Assembly (NCBI GenBank): GCA_964016885.1
Contig: OZ024742.1
Coordinates: 23,064,001 to 23,128,000 of the forward strand
Length of the DNA stretch: 64,000 nucleotides
Source of the DNA: Eledone cirrhosa
Lineage: Eukaryota
Reading direction: 5' to 3'
Below, piece after piece: positions 1-13,855 of this stretch. Every line of letters starts with the position of its first letter. Position 1 is the first letter of the stretch. Made by a program: the position numbers and the translations under genes. The notes under the pieces were generated by a model, which saw nothing but the letters and a program-made list of their open reading frames with translations, did no database searches and was not told the DNA's origin.

Positions 1-300
1 ATGCTTTGTGGTATTCGTTTCGGCTATCTGCCCTCTCAGTTCAAATCCCAACGAGAGGTCAACCTTACTTTTCAGCTATTCGAGGTCGATAAAAATGTAC
101 CAGTCAAGTATTGGGACCGATTTTTCCTCTATATATCCTTTTCTCATATCCATTCTCTTACTCTCTATCCTTTTCTGGAAGAAATCTGCTGGATTCAGAC
201 CTGCTTAGGAAATGGGCTTTGCCAGGTTTAAAAAATGCTCTAGAAACGCAAAATGCCCTATGAATTCCCCAGGAATTATGGGATCGTGTTTGCATAACTG
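1..300 (+). mobile_element. Decayed tRNA-derived SINE, long-tailed subfamily (runs off the window start)
   Basis: B-box-like AGTTCAAATCC, central GAGGTCGATAAAAATGTACCAG and tail TCTGGAAGAAATCTGCTG are shared with copies at 20920 and 61415. Confidence 0.6.
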
Positions 301-742
301 CCCCAGTATTATGTAATTGACGAGATATATATTTATTTCTTGCACTGAGATTAAATAGTCGTGTAAAAAAACCTCGAAGTGAATAATGTCTTATCCTGAG
401 TAAGATTTGTCTCATCAAGTATACGAAAAGTAGATATGAGATTCAGGAAAAGAATAACGTATGTTGTTTTATTATATACAAGAGTAGACTGAAAAGTTCA
501 TAAGTTGACTAGAAAGATGTGGTGGTAGAGTTACATGCATTAATTTCAAATTTTCTTCTTGTTAATAGTTGCATTGTTTCATTTCAGAGACTATGTAAAA
601 ACATAGCCATAATATTTGATAAGTTGATAATAAAAACTGTTTCTGTCAGAAAGAACTACAATAATTTGGCCATTGTGTTCACGTGCCTGTTTTACGAGAA
701 AGACATATATTGCATTTGAAGCTTCCAATCAAATAGATAGTA

Positions 743-955
743 TACGAGGGAGTATTGAATAGTTCTTGACTTGATAGCTGCTACAGAGACCTGGTTGGAG
801 GCTCAACATTCCGACATATTTTTACAAGGTTTAGGAAAGCTGTGCGATAACTGTGTGAATCTTAGAAGGGAATATGTTGAATAAAATGATAATTAACTGA
901 TTCTCATGTACTTTCTTTTACACAAAGCCAAGACATTTTCAGCAACTCCTTGTAC
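743..955 (+). mobile_element. Mariner-derived internally deleted element
   Basis: Imperfect TIRs TACGAGGGAGTATTGAATAGTTCTTGAC / GCCAAGACATTTTCAGCAACTCCTTGTA with TA ends. Internal LCDNCVNLRREYVE* resembles a mariner transposase C-terminus. Confidence 0.55.
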
Positions 956-1441
956 GTTACCAGAACTTTGACATGGAGTTTAATTCCAAAACATGAATGC
1001 AAAACAAACTTCTTGGAAAATGATAAACGTCGCAGAAAATAAACAATATATAATATATACCGCAGTAACAAGTTGGTTTGAAGACGTCTTGAAATCAATT
1101 TTGAGTGGAAAGTAATTATAGAGAATATTTAATTAATCTGAAGCTTTCTCTCGAATACTTTTGTCAAGAACTCGAGTAAAATATTGGAATATTGGGGGAA
1201 ACAAATCAACAAATAATAATAGAATTCAAAAACACAGTAATAACAGCATAAATAATTCTTAAATACAAATTCGTCGTGTTAATATTTAATTTCCCTGGAG
1301 GCCAATAAAAATATCGTTTTATAGCAAAAGGAAACAAAAAACACAATACAAAAATGATACAATATGAATAGAATACAAATGAAAAGATAGAAAGGTTGAT
1401 TTAGGAAAATAGACAGCTAGCTAAAAAGGTAGATACATAGA

Positions 1442-1446
<5 letters not shown>

Positions 1447-1497
<51 letters not shown>

Positions 1498-1500
1498 TAA

Positions 1501-1588
<88 letters not shown>

Positions 1589-1590
1589 TG
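1447..1590. repeat. Compound (TA)n(CA)n(TA)n(GA)n microsatellite
   Basis: Directly visible. Confidence 0.95.
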
Positions 1591-2389
1591 AGAGAGGGGG
1601 AGCAAGAGAATAAGTGTGATAAAGAGTGCTTAGGCAAACGCTACATAATAAATTATAGTTTTGTAAGAACTGTTGTCACTTGAGATATGGCTGGTGCTCT
1701 GGTCATTCTTTTACAATCCAATTTGCTAAAATGTTGTTTAAAATAATGTTTGGTCGCTGACTAATAAAAAAAATGTATGTCGACGCCATTAAAATATTGT
1801 TTTCTCAATGAGAAAAAACAATAAAGGGAAAACAATAGTATTTCTTATGAACAATTTGCAAGTTCAAATACCAAATTATATAGGATATTCTTGTTTGATG
1901 CAAAGCATTAACCCTTGAAATAAACTTTAGTTTCTCAAATATATGTTTATAAATTATTCATGAGAAATCATATTGCAAAGAAGCATGTCAACTACAGTAT
2001 GTAATAAAACTACATGCATAGAACACATTCAAATAAACACAGATCTTTATATTTTGCAGCTATAATCCCATGTCGCTTTCTATTTACATTGGTTATTAAA
2101 TGTGTAGGCTACAGTGATGATGAGGCTTACTTTATGGAGGTGTGAAGTGAATATCGTTGTGTAGAAGAATATCAAATTAATACAGTGATAAAGGAAACTA
2201 TGTTATACATATCATAAATAGGTGTACATTTGTCAGGATACCGGATTATGAAAGCACAAGACAATATATACGTTTGCGTTTCCAAGTGTTCAGCCATACA
2301 TTTTTAATTTGAAACTTTGTTGGACCGTGTTGCTGTTTGATAGCCAATGTGTATTGACTGTCGTAGAGTGATTCCTTTAGGGGAAGTGA

Positions 2390-3300
2390 TTGCTTAAGGA
2401 TGAGGGTTTGAGAGTGAATTATTAGCCGAGGAAGATTGTCTCAATAAGTTTGCTAGTATTTTCTCCAAATCCCGCTTCCATTGCTTTAATCTAATTTCTA
2501 AGGTGATAATATGTGAAACTCCGTCGTCCTGGACAGCGATCATATGAGGTCCATAACTGAATTGGGTAACCGAGTTCAAGGTTTAGGCCAAGACTCCAGA
2601 TAGAATATTGGTTCTTGCCGTTAATATTGTCTTGAGAAATACTGATCTGTGTGATTTCCAGCAATTCTATACAGGTCATCTTTCATCCCACGTGACATAG
2701 TGTAGATAATATGAATACGAATCTGTATCTGGTGATAGCTCGATCACTTTGGATAGAACCAAAATCTTCGATGGAGATCAGTATTGACCTGTGAAGCTAT
2801 ACGCGTTACTGCATATTTGGGTTCAGCTTTAAGAGTTTGAATCATTAACATGTTTAAAGATAACTGCCAGCCAGCGTATATTACTAGATTGAAGCTGTCG
2901 TCCTACGCCTCCCAATCTGTTTCTTGTCGAGTCTCCAGGGGAATACGGTTGTATGCATTTGGTTTGTCTTTCCTAGAAATGGGACGCACGGAAGTTTTCC
3001 TTGAAAGGTACTAGTGGATCCATACATCACCTCTATTGTAATTTACCAGTTGACAGGCGTGCCGTTTTACGGTTTAGACCTAGGTAGTAGGCTGCATTGT
3101 ATTCTTTTGCTTTTTTGTGGAAATGGCATCTTCTACAGGCCACATGTCCGATGTTAATTGTTGTTGCGATGACCCTTGGGTATGGGATGGGGATACGGTA
3201 CCTGCATATGTACTTTGATGCTGAGCAGGTGCGGCCCTGTAAGAAACAATATTCGAAATTAACGCCTGGTGCCTGAAATGTTTTCAGGTGCAACAAATCA
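2390..3300 (-). pseudogene. Possible highly decayed LINE remnant
   Basis: IGHVACRRC (zinc-knuckle-like) precedes GPHMIAVQD (AP-endonuclease PDIIALQE-like) on the minus strand. Weak similarity only. Confidence 0.3.
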
Positions 3301-3761
3301 TCTAGTTGTTGCTCAATACAGCCTGTTGAATGGGAAACCTTTGTATTCTAAAAAGGTTAAATGTGCGCATGAGAAATGACATATTATGGGAGATTTTGGA
3401 CCTCGACGAATAGGAACTGAGTCGATGTTTCTGGAGTTACTTTAGCATGTAGATTGTGGAAAATATAAAGAAACTAGTGCATCCTGACAAGGCTAAGCCT
3501 GGTGAAGTTTGTGAAAGAGTACATGTACATGCAGAGACACACTGTCAGTTGGAGCTTCCATTGATGCATACAGGTTGATGAAACCCTTCTGGAAATGTTA
3601 GATAGTTTTCTCGCTGTGAATGGGATTAAAATATTTCTAGCGTTTTGATTAATACAAATATAAAATTCTAAAATTCTTCGACAATATTTTCACCAATATC
3701 AAGGAAAGTGTGGTATTTTCTAATAATTGTTACTTATATCTAATGAGATTTTGTAAATAAT

Positions 3762-3937
3762 TGTTTCTACTTTAGGCACAAGGCCAGCAATTACCCAGTG
3801 CATTACAGGTACTTTATTTTATCGACCCCGTAAGGATGAAAGGCAAAGTAAACCTCGGCGGGATTTGAACTCATATCGTAAAGGGACGTAACTATGCTTG
3901 GAAAGCATGGCGTCCGACCCTCTATCGAGACTGCCAA
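3762..3937 (-). mobile_element. tRNA-derived SINE (young subfamily)
   Basis: Minus strand reads GAGTTCAAATCCCGCCGAGG..CCTTTCATCCTTACGGGGTCGATAAAATAAAGTACC. TSD TTTGTAAATAAT at 3750 and 3938. Confidence 0.85.
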
Positions 3938-5604
3938 TTTGTAAATAATGGAGTCTAAATCATACAACTAAATAATAGAACCCCAACAGGAAACTAAAAT
4001 CTTTGTAAATACTGAGACGTGCTACAAAAATGGAAACATTGTTACTTTATGTTAAGTAATAATTCTTGAGGGTTTTTTTTCTTTAAATGCACAGACGAAA
4101 ACACTTAGGCAAAAAAAAAATGCACTTGAATTATTACTCAACCTAATACAAAACATTCACAAAGGAAGAAATATTGGCAAAAATAGATGATTTATTAGCG
4201 ATAGTGGCCCCCCATACATACACACAAGTTTAATTGAGGGAAAGCAATGTCAAATAACGAATTACTCTTTTAGTCAAACCGCAACGTCGGCTATCTGATG
4301 AGAAGAATTCTTGTCCATTCTCATATTAAGATTCTTCCATACTCTTCCTAATTGTCATTATTTTTTGTCAAGAACTTTGGGGATATTTCTTACTCATCCA
4401 ATTAATCACGTTTTTGTCATCTCAAACACTCCCAACAGTTGCCTAAACTGTGGTACAAGAATGCATGCTTCATTCAGTCTCATATTCTTTAATTAAAATA
4501 CAGTCTAATGTAGCAGAAAATATGATTCTTTGAAGTAAATATAAGCAACTTTCCTCTTGATATTATTTTGACAATATTCTTCAAATGTATATGTCATTCA
4601 CGCTTACCAATTTCAAATTAATCCTTTCATTGTGCTAATGAGTATTGTATTTGTTAACCAGATCTAATTATTTGATAACTGATATTATATGAAATTGAAT
4701 TAAAATGCAATACATGTTAATTAGGTAACAGCAGCGTTGAAAGGAATATATATTGTAAATAAACTTTGATGTTTTAGGAAAAAGAATCCCCAAAGACGTT
4801 CATGTGTTTTGTTAAAAGAATAGAACGTTTTCATTTCTCAGGAGTTTTATATATTTGATATAAATGAAATCTTATTTCGGTATTATATGAAGATTTTTTG
4901 GAGTATGCCTCTAAATATTTATCTTTCGTTATGCTAATATATTAAGAGAGCATATTATCCCATCGTTAAATATATAACATTGGTTATTTGACATTAAGGT
5001 ATGCTTGATGTAGCTAACAATGGGGCAAGAACAATATCAAGACGAAGAACAATAACAATAAACAGCTACAACAATAACAATAACGATAGCATCCGCAAGA
5101 ACAACATCAATAACAGCATCAGCCCAATCCACATCAAAATAACAACATCAGTAGCAACATCGCCAAAATCAATCACATAAACAGCAACGACAACAGCCAC
5201 ATTCAAGAAACTATATATAATATATATATATATAACCCTTAGCATACATGTTTCAAGAAAGAAAGCACATAATTTAAGAAAACCTGATCAATACACGAGG
5301 TAGAGTGCACACGTTTTAAGTTAATTAAGTAATGTCCCTTACATGATTATGTAAATTTCTTTTCCTCTCAAGGAATCTGTTTTACACTCACAGGTTCGTA
5401 TCTGACTATAGACGAGCCCGTAACTCCATGCTTTTAAAGATGGCGGAACCCATCACTCCACAGGTCTGAACGCGACTGCTGATTTCCACCAGAGAAATAG
5501 AGGGAAAGTGAGAAGGAGAGAGAAAGATAAATAGGGAGAAAGCTAGCTAGAGAGAATAGAGAATGGGAAATAGAGTAAAGAGGAAATATTGACTTGAACA
5601 GCTA

Positions 5605-5730
5605 CTTTATTTATCGACCTCCTAAAGATGGTTGCCAAAGTTGGCCTCGGTGGGATTTCAACTCAGAGAGCTGGAACGAATACCGCGAAACATTCTGATG
5701 TGTATAGATACGTTCTAACAACTCAGCTAA
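5605..5730 (-). mobile_element. Old SINE fragment
   Basis: TACTTTATTTATCGACC..CCTCGGTGGGATTTCAACTC matches the SINE core. Confidence 0.6.
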
Positions 5731-6492
5731 GCTGAAACGTTCATCGGCTGACCAAGATACTCTCATGGAATTATCAAATGAGGTATATTTATATAGTGCC
5801 TCCCCACTATACAGTGATGTCCATGACTTGACCACTAAACCAGTGGTAGCGCATACATGTTAAGTGTATGAATCTTTGTTTACACTATATATATATGTAT
5901 GTGTTTAAGTGTGTATGTGTGCGTTTGTTTGTGTGTGTATATAAATGGTATCTATACAATTCAGTATAATAGATCAAAGCCCATGCACACAGCCAGATGT
6001 CTAGAGTTTAATGTCTTCTATAATAGGCAGTTATATTCATTTACTACTGGCTCTTCATATTCAGCAGCTGTTTGTGTTTCATTAATTTACCAACTGCCAT
6101 TCGTTAATACAACAAACATTATATGCTAAAGTTTCGTTACTATACAAACGAAACACGATAGATTGATATGAACTATGAATATAAGAGAGGCCATCATTTC
6201 CATACCAATTAAACATTGAATGAGAATAGAGATTAAACAAATATAAAACCAGCAGAGTAAGAAGCCTCTAGGTGGTCAATATATTTGCTAGAAATAATAC
6301 CTATTTATCCTTGAAATTGACCCTATTCTTGACATACAACATTATATAATGTAAATTTAAATACAATATAGTTATGCAAAATTGGATGATAACTCTGTTT
6401 GAACGATTATAAGCCAGTCAAGTCAGGGTTGATCTGGGGAACAATAGTAATAAATTGACATACAGAAATGACAACAGTATCAAATGAAAAAT

Positions 6493-6845
6493 TTACATCA
6501 AACTTTATTGGACGATATTAATTTAAATAGGAACCTTAAAAAATTAGGGCTTTTTTTCATAGAAGGGGGACGGTTTTGAATGTGTTGATATCATAAGGGT
6601 TAAATAGAACTTTATAGAAGTTAAGGGTTGAAGAAAACTCGCTTGAGCGGGATTTCTTCTATGAAGACCGTCTACTGTGCAGCTCCCCTGAGAGATTCTT
6701 ACCACTATTTACACCAATAGCAGATGTAAACATTACGTCAAATTATGTTGGAAGATATTAATTTAATCAGGAACCTTTAAATAAATGAATGTTTCTTTTC
6801 GGGGAAGCAGGGGTGGTTTAGAATGTATTGATAGCAAGAGGGTTA
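6493..6845. repeat. Diverged ~110-bp direct duplication
   Basis: TTACATCAAACTTTATTGGACGATATTAATTTAAATAGGAACCTT (~6493) vs TTACGTCAAATTATGTTGGAAGATATTAATTTAATCAGGAACCTT (~6733). Confidence 0.7.
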
Positions 6846-7149
6846 CATAATCACGTGTTAAGAAACGTATATTGTTTCTAGGTAGTTTACAGAAGTACAT
6901 CAATTACGAATAAGCTTGTATGAATTGATAGGTGGCATAATTAAAGTCAATTTATCTCATCTGGTCGTCCTCCGTGGAGAAATGTACTCTTATCTCTCTT
7001 AGAACTGTCTCTCTCCCCTCTCTCTCTCGTTCTCTCTCTCTCCCTTATCACCCCCTTCCTCGTCTTCTTATTTCTACTTCACTTTCTTTTCCTCCTACGC
7101 CTCCTTCTCTATTTCATCCTCTCCCTCCTCCTCCCCGCAATAACACTGG

Positions 7150-7150
<1 letters not shown>

Positions 7151-7218
<68 letters not shown>

Positions 7219-7238
7219 CATCAACACCAAGACCACCA
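7151..7238. repeat. (TAC)n microsatellite after a CT-rich tract
   Basis: Directly visible. Confidence 0.95.
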
Positions 7239-7849
7239 CCGATCTCGATCTGTCTCTCTAGTCATTTGTCCATATGCCATAAGACAAAAAGTTTTTCTAG
7301 TTGTATCATCTTGAAATCTAAACTATAATAAAGTAAGGAGTGCGGGACTGCGTACGGTTTATAATTTGTTATCCCATTAGTAAAATAAGTTGGATTACTT
7401 TGAATAAATAATGAATGAATATTACATAATGTATCTACTAATTTTCCTAGCTGTTAAATATATTTTATTGTTTATTTAATGATTCACTTCTTTACAATTT
7501 TCAAATGTCAACACTTCCGGTTAGCGATCGCTTAAACAAACATTCATATATTTCCGTCACCAATTTTCTCCTAATGCAGATTATATATAATATCGTCTTT
7601 TTTAATGTATTATGGATTACGTTACTGATTACATAAGAGTGTAACGCAGTCTTCGTTCAATTTCTGTGGATATTGTCAATTACGATTTTATTTGATGTAT
7701 CATATCGACATGTATATATATTTGCGTATATACACAGTACACATGCTAGCAGAAAAACCACCCAAAGGATGGTTTTTCTGCTAGGACTTTGTAATGGAAA
7801 TACCAGTATGGCTAAACAGAGAATTTAGCTCATATTCTAACTAATTCAG

Positions 7850-8605
7850 GTTGTACATTTATGGTTCCATACCTCCAGAGGGAGTCGTAGTGTTGCCGTG
7901 TGTCAATATAGGCATATTGTAAAGCTGGTGGAGTCCATCTCATCGCCATATCTGAATACAGCAGATTTTTTCCAGAAAAGGAGAGAAAGTGAGAGAATTG
8001 GAGGGAGAAAATCATTGTGTATCATCACGGTCTCATACCTCCTGAGGGACTCCACGTTGTGCCATATTGACATACGGCGTTTCTAGGGGCATATTGTAAA
8101 CCTGGCGCAAGCCATCTCTTCTCCAGCACTGAATACTGAAGATTTATTCCAGAGAAGGATAAAAAGTGAAAACATTGATGTAGGAAAGAGATAGAGGAAG
8201 AATCGACTCCAGTACTTGAGTGGTACATTTGTTATTGATCTCGAATGGATGAAAGGCAATGTGAAGGCGCATGGCATTGGGCTTGCAATCGAACGGTTGT
8301 GAGTTCAATTCTCGGACCGGGTGATGTGTTGTTTCCTTGGGAAAGACACTTTATTTCACGTTGTTCCAGTTTACTCAGCTGTAGAAATGAGATGATAGGA
8401 CTGGGGTCCCTACCATTAAATTACCCAAGACACATCCAACGAGATATACCTTGGAGGAGGCCAGCTAAACCTGCATAGATGTGAGCTGTCACACACACAC
8501 ACAATGTTGACCCGGGCGGGATTTGCACTCAGAGAGAGAAATACGAAACGAATACTACGAGGTATTCTCTCCAATCTACTAACGACTCTGCAAATACGTC
8601 GCCGT
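7850..8605 (-). mobile_element. Long-tailed SINE copies with a nested plus-strand SINE (~8262-8502)
   Basis: The minus-strand SINE is split at GAAAGGCAATGT..CAATGTTGACCCGGGCGGGATTTG (CAATGT duplicated). The insert has the B-box-like GAGTTCAATTCTC and a (CA)n tail. Confidence 0.65.
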
Positions 8606-9049
8606 CATCATACATCACTTATTGCTATATTTTCGATTATCCAATTTGATTTTAGTCGATTATTATAAGAAAATTCTCAATAAATATTTCCTCTACATAT
8701 CAACTTGATCAGAACATGACAAAACCGGTTTTATCAGAAATCTTCCTTACACTTCTAAATAAAGGTTACAACATTCGGTTCAATACGTGAAAATGCATAA
8801 AAAAGAGTGTTGAAATTTCGTAAAGATTTTGATGAGTTGCTGCATTTAAGTCAAACGAAATTCTATATAAAAACTTCATCTAACAATTTATGCTATTATC
8901 TGAAGCAGCATGTATAAAACATATATAACATTTGTTTGATAAGATATGTATAAATCTGAAATACCACATTATATGCACTCGTTGTAAGGTTATAGCAGAA
9001 TGTCTTTTCTTTATATAACACAATGTTTTAAATGTCCATGATGCACACG

Positions 9050-9097
<48 letters not shown>

Positions 9098-9669
9098 CAA
9101 TAATAATGAGTTCAAATCTCAGGCGATCATTTACAATGAAATAGCTCGAAGAAAGAGTATTTATGAGCCGTGTAATATAGGTTAACATAAATCAATATAT
9201 TTGATAAACGCAAATATCCTCATATTTATGTTTGTATTGTAAATGACCAAGTTAGCTAGATAGAAATATACTAATAATAATATTACAGTTTGCCTATCAT
9301 GACTTAAGATAATACATCATAAATCAACAAAAACAAATTGTATTGGCAATGGCCGTAGTGCTTGGACAAATTTAAATTTCAAAATCAAACCTGTTCCGTA
9401 GACAGGTTTAAACCTTAAAATCCAAATATGTTTCGAATAATGAAAAAGTGGAAGAAAATACCGCATTTTGATCTCCTCAGCAAGCACTATAAAAATTGGT
9501 ATGTTCCACTTCAAAATATTTAGGAAGACTGTTTAGCGCACGAGGTAACCTCATGCGGTTATCCAGTGTCTAGCTAGCCACATACTCGTGCTGCTAGAAA
9601 TAACAGCCGTTTGTATGGGGCTAAATTCAGCTCAACTAAGGAGCAGTGAAAAATCAATAATAATGAGTT

Positions 9670-9700
<31 letters not shown>

Positions 9701-9704
<4 letters not shown>

Positions 9705-9776
9705 GTGGTTACACAACAGTTAGTTCACCATACCGGGAAACAATTGTTTCAACTTCGCGGATCTTCAGCTCGGGAT
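9701..9776 (-). ncRNA. Degenerate minimal hammerhead-like insert in (TA)n
   Basis: Minus strand CTGAAGA TCCGCGAAGTT GAAA CAATTG TT has a palindromic stem III. Stems I and II are poor. Confidence 0.4.
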
Positions 9777-9839
9777 GTGTATGTTTATATATATATATAT
9801 GTAATATACATACAATATATGTATATATAAATCTATATA

Positions 9840-9894
<55 letters not shown>

Positions 9895-9896
<2 letters not shown>

Positions 9897-10036
9897 CGAA
9901 GGAAATGTGGTAAGGAACCAGGTGGACCATAACGCACCAAAGTACTCAATACTTGAGGTAGTAGAGTGGGTAATAGGAACCAGTAAGACCCCGACAGCTG
10001 AGCTCAAGCCGTTTCGACGGCTAATTCTGGCTCTAG
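9895..10036 (-). mobile_element. Family B short element (3' half of a hammerhead plus tail)
   Basis: Minus strand GAAA CGGC TTGAGCTCA GCTG TC GGGGTC. Homologous to 31363, 34759, 35424 and 51811. Confidence 0.8.
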
Positions 10037-10261
10037 CAAACAGCACGGACACTCTATCTCAAAATTATTTTTGAAAAGCATTTAGAAATGCGCAACACGT
10101 AAAAACTTAAAAACTTAAAACCACAACTGAATACTAACCCATACAATCACTAATACTCTTTTATTCCTAATTAAACCATTTTACAACTGTGAACAATTTG
10201 TCAGCATTTTCTATTCCGTTTACCAATATATAATAACTTGTGTGTTACACCTCTATTCTTT

Positions 10262-10305
<44 letters not shown>

Positions 10306-10307
<2 letters not shown>

Positions 10308-12540
10308 TTGAATAGGTTTGATATGTTTCGGCCAATATTGGCCCAGGCCATGTCTAACTTAATAACACCACTTGGCGAAGTCTTACAAATCAGTATTTGG
10401 GCACCATGGCCCACTCGAGCAGAGAGTTATTGTTTACGCAGGTATATACGTGTGTAGGAGGCTTATCCGGGATTTCTTGAAAGAATTTATCCAAAGACTT
10501 CTTGAACTTGCTGGCGTCTGTCTCTGCTTTGATGTGTTTTGGTGTAATGTTAAAGTGTGCAGAGGTCAATTGAGGTGAAATAATTATGCCGTATTGTTGT
10601 TATGTGATGCGAGTGGGATTTTTGTCGTGGGCGGATAGCACGGGGCCCAAGCGTTGGGTGTACACTAAATGTGATGCCAACATCATTTGGGCTAAGCTGA
10701 TGGAATATTTTCCAAATCATACAGATAATGTATCGCTCACGGCGACGTTGAAGAGAATAAAGTTTGAGCTTTTCTAATCGACCCCAAAAGTCAAGGCCTG
10801 TCATACCAACTATCTTTTTTGTAATTGACCTTTCGGGTGCTTCAACTTTCATGATACTTTGTTTCGTGTGGGGTGACCACAGTGGACAACAGTATTCAAG
10901 GTGGGGTCGGGCAAAAGTGGAGAAGAGAAGGACAACACTGTGGATATCTCGCGACTGGAAAGTTCTGAAGATCCAGGAACACATTCTGCGGGTCATATCA
11001 ACTTTGCTGTTTACATTAGTGGCCCAGCTTATATTGTTGTCCACAATTACTCCCAGGTCTCTGATGTTTTTGGAAGCCACGAGAGTTTCACCCGAAGGAA
11101 GAGAGTATGGTAGTTTCAGGGCATCCTCTTTTTCGAAGTGGATTAATTCAAATTTATCCTCATTCAACTGCATATTATTCATCTCTGCCCATTGGATAAC
11201 AGCCAGTAGGTCTAACTGAAGGTAAGTCCGGTCACCCACCTCATTGATGACCCTTTGGAGCTTGGAATCATCTGCGAAGATTCTGATGTTGCTGTGTTTG
11301 ATGATGTCAGTAATGTCATTAATGTAGATGATGAAAAGAAGTGGGCCCAACACAGTGCCTTGTGGGACGCCACTGCGGACTTTGGCAGGGATTGATTCTA
11401 CTCCTTCGACTACATGCTGGGTTCAGCCTGTCAGGAAACATTTGATCCACTGTAGTAACCTTCTAGAGACACCAACTTCGGATAGTTTTTTCAGTAGAAT
11501 CTTATGATCAACCCTGTCGAAGGCCTTGCTGAAATCAAGGTAGATGACATCAGTGTTGGAGCCCTCTCCCAAAGCTCTCAGAACATGGTCAAAGTGAAAG
11601 TGATGCAAGAGCTGCGTTACGCAGTCCCTTCCATTACGGAATCCATGTTGGTTGGAGTTCAGCAGGCCGTTGCTTTCAAGAAAGTGGGTTATTCGTGATC
11701 TCACCACCCTCTCAAATACCTTGATTATATGAGAGGTGAGTGAGATCGGACGGTAGTTCACTGCAAGGGACTTATTTCCCTTTTTGAAGACTGGGACAAC
11801 GGACTGGGACAGAAGGTTTTCAGGAATATAGCCAGTGTCCAGTGAGTTTCTCCACAGATTAACACGAGGAGTTGCAAGTTGGTGTCGACACACCTTCAGG
11901 ACACAAGCAGGGAACCTGTCGGGGTCTACTGCTGAATTGTGTTTAATTTCATTTATTGCCGCTAAGACATCAGGGGCGCGAAACGTTATGTCTGATATAG
12001 TGTGTTGGGGGTTAATATCACTGATACGGCCGCGATCGACCATATCAGGGTTGCTGAAAACAGAGCAGTATTGTTTCTGCAGTATCTCGCCCATGGTTTT
12101 GGCATTGTCCTGGAGTGTGCCATTTTCATCAACTAGGGGGCCAACAGTGGAGACGGTGACCTTGTGTTTTTTAGCGAATGAGAAGAACACATTGGGGTTG
12201 TGTTTGATTTTCTCAATGGCCAACCTCTCTTCAGCTATTCTCTGGTTATTGATGATGGTCATCATGTATTGCTGCGGGTTATATTTTTTTTACTCCAGCA
12301 GCGTGATAACCATTGAATGTTTGCGTTGCTGTTGGCAGTATCTTAGTGTGTTAATTTTTTTGTTTGTTCTTTTTATTTTTCTGATAATTGTTTTTCTGTT
12401 TTGGGGGATACTGCACTTGGTTTTGTTCACAGGTTTTGGTGGGGTGTATTTTGTACATATATTTTTGACAGTGTCTACCAAGATCTGCCAAGATGTTTTG
12501 ATGTTGGTGGAAGTGTGTGCGTGTGTAAAAGACCTGCCGA
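10306..12540 (-). mobile_element. CR1-type LINE, 5'-truncated, frameshifted ORF2 reverse transcriptase
   Basis: ORFs 11423-12265 and 10550-11353 contain NYRPISLTS, YLDFSKAFDRVDH, LGPLLFIIYIND, FADD, RDLGV, RPHLEYCCPLWSPH and LYSLQRRRER. The 3' end has a short tandem tail. Confidence 0.92.
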
Positions 12541-12565
12541 CATGTGATATACATATATATATATA

Positions 12566-12680
12566 TAAATGAGATGAGCGGAACAAGCAAGCATTAAACA
12601 ATCTTTTAAATAAATAAAAATACCATTTAAATAACCACCTGTTCAAAATGCTGCCCGTGGGTATATTAATCTCATTTTAC
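12566..12680. repeat. ~115-bp (TA)n-flanked repeat, also at 13468-13580 and inverted at 13686-13770
   Basis: ATAAATGAGATGAGCGGAACAAGCAAGCATTAAACAATC occurs three times. Confidence 0.85.
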
Positions 12681-12688
12681 ATATATAC

Positions 12689-12726
<38 letters not shown>

Positions 12727-13050
12727 GTATATATGTAAAATGAGATTAATATATATATATATAATATACATAAAATATATATATATATATATATATAAAT
12801 GAGAGGTATAGAGATTGTTTTAGCGAGAAGCTAACAGCATTCTATAACATATATGCGACTATAACGTCAAGATGGGAAAAGTAGTTAACGTAAGATTTAG
12901 GAAAAATAATTTAAACTCATCTCAAAAGAGAATCAGGATACAAATTCATCCACAGAATTTAGTGCAATCCAGGGAAAAATCAATAGACCTTTAACTCATG
13001 ATAAAATAAAGTTCAAAACACTTATCCTTCAATTTGGAATAACATCAAAT

Positions 13051-13131
13051 GCTCTGTATAGTCTTAAAAGACTATTTCATGAAAACTTTCAGTGGAGATG
13101 GTCACGGTTGGATTTAATTCATCAGCAGAGC
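13051..13131 (-). ncRNA. Type I hammerhead ribozyme motif with a large stem II insert, within an element of ~12797-13395
   Basis: Minus strand GCTCTG CTGATGA AT[36 nt]AT GAAA TAGTCT TTTA AGACTA TA CAGAGC: 6-bp stem I, 7-bp stem III, AUA site. Confidence 0.75.
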
Positions 13132-13579
13132 TCAGCCGAAAACCAGGGCTCTCAAAGTATTATAATCCGAAATAGGGAATTCTAAAACTGGCTAGTTCGC
13201 CAACATGTGTAGTTATGAAAAAGCCCATGGGGAAAAACGGGGCTAGTGACGTCAGGATGTAAGTGAATGTTTATTTACAAGAAATAGCAGTCAAATACAT
13301 TCTGAAAAAAACTCTACAAAAGGAGTTCAGCAAAAATAGCAATAATTATCACAGTTTTTATGAAAAAAACCGGGATTAGTCACAGATAGTTTAAGCAACA
13401 TCATTTGGGCTTAGCCGATGGAATATTTTCCACATCATACCTATATATATACATATATATATATATATAAATGAGATGAGCGGAACAAGCAAGCATTAAA
13501 CAATCTTTTAAATAAATTAAAATACGATTTAAATAATCACCTGTTCAAAATGGTGCTTGTGAGCATATTAATCTCATTT

Positions 13580-13688
<109 letters not shown>

Positions 13689-13765
13689 TTTGAACAGGTG
13701 ATTATTTAAATCGTATTTTAATTTATTTAAAAGATTGTTTAATGCTTGCTTGTTCCGCTCATCTC

Positions 13766-13854
<89 letters not shown>

Positions 13855-13855
13855 G

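Noticed and set aside
10764-12572. Plus-strand ORFs of 151 and 245 aa
   Set aside because: Antisense shadows of the CR1 RT frame.
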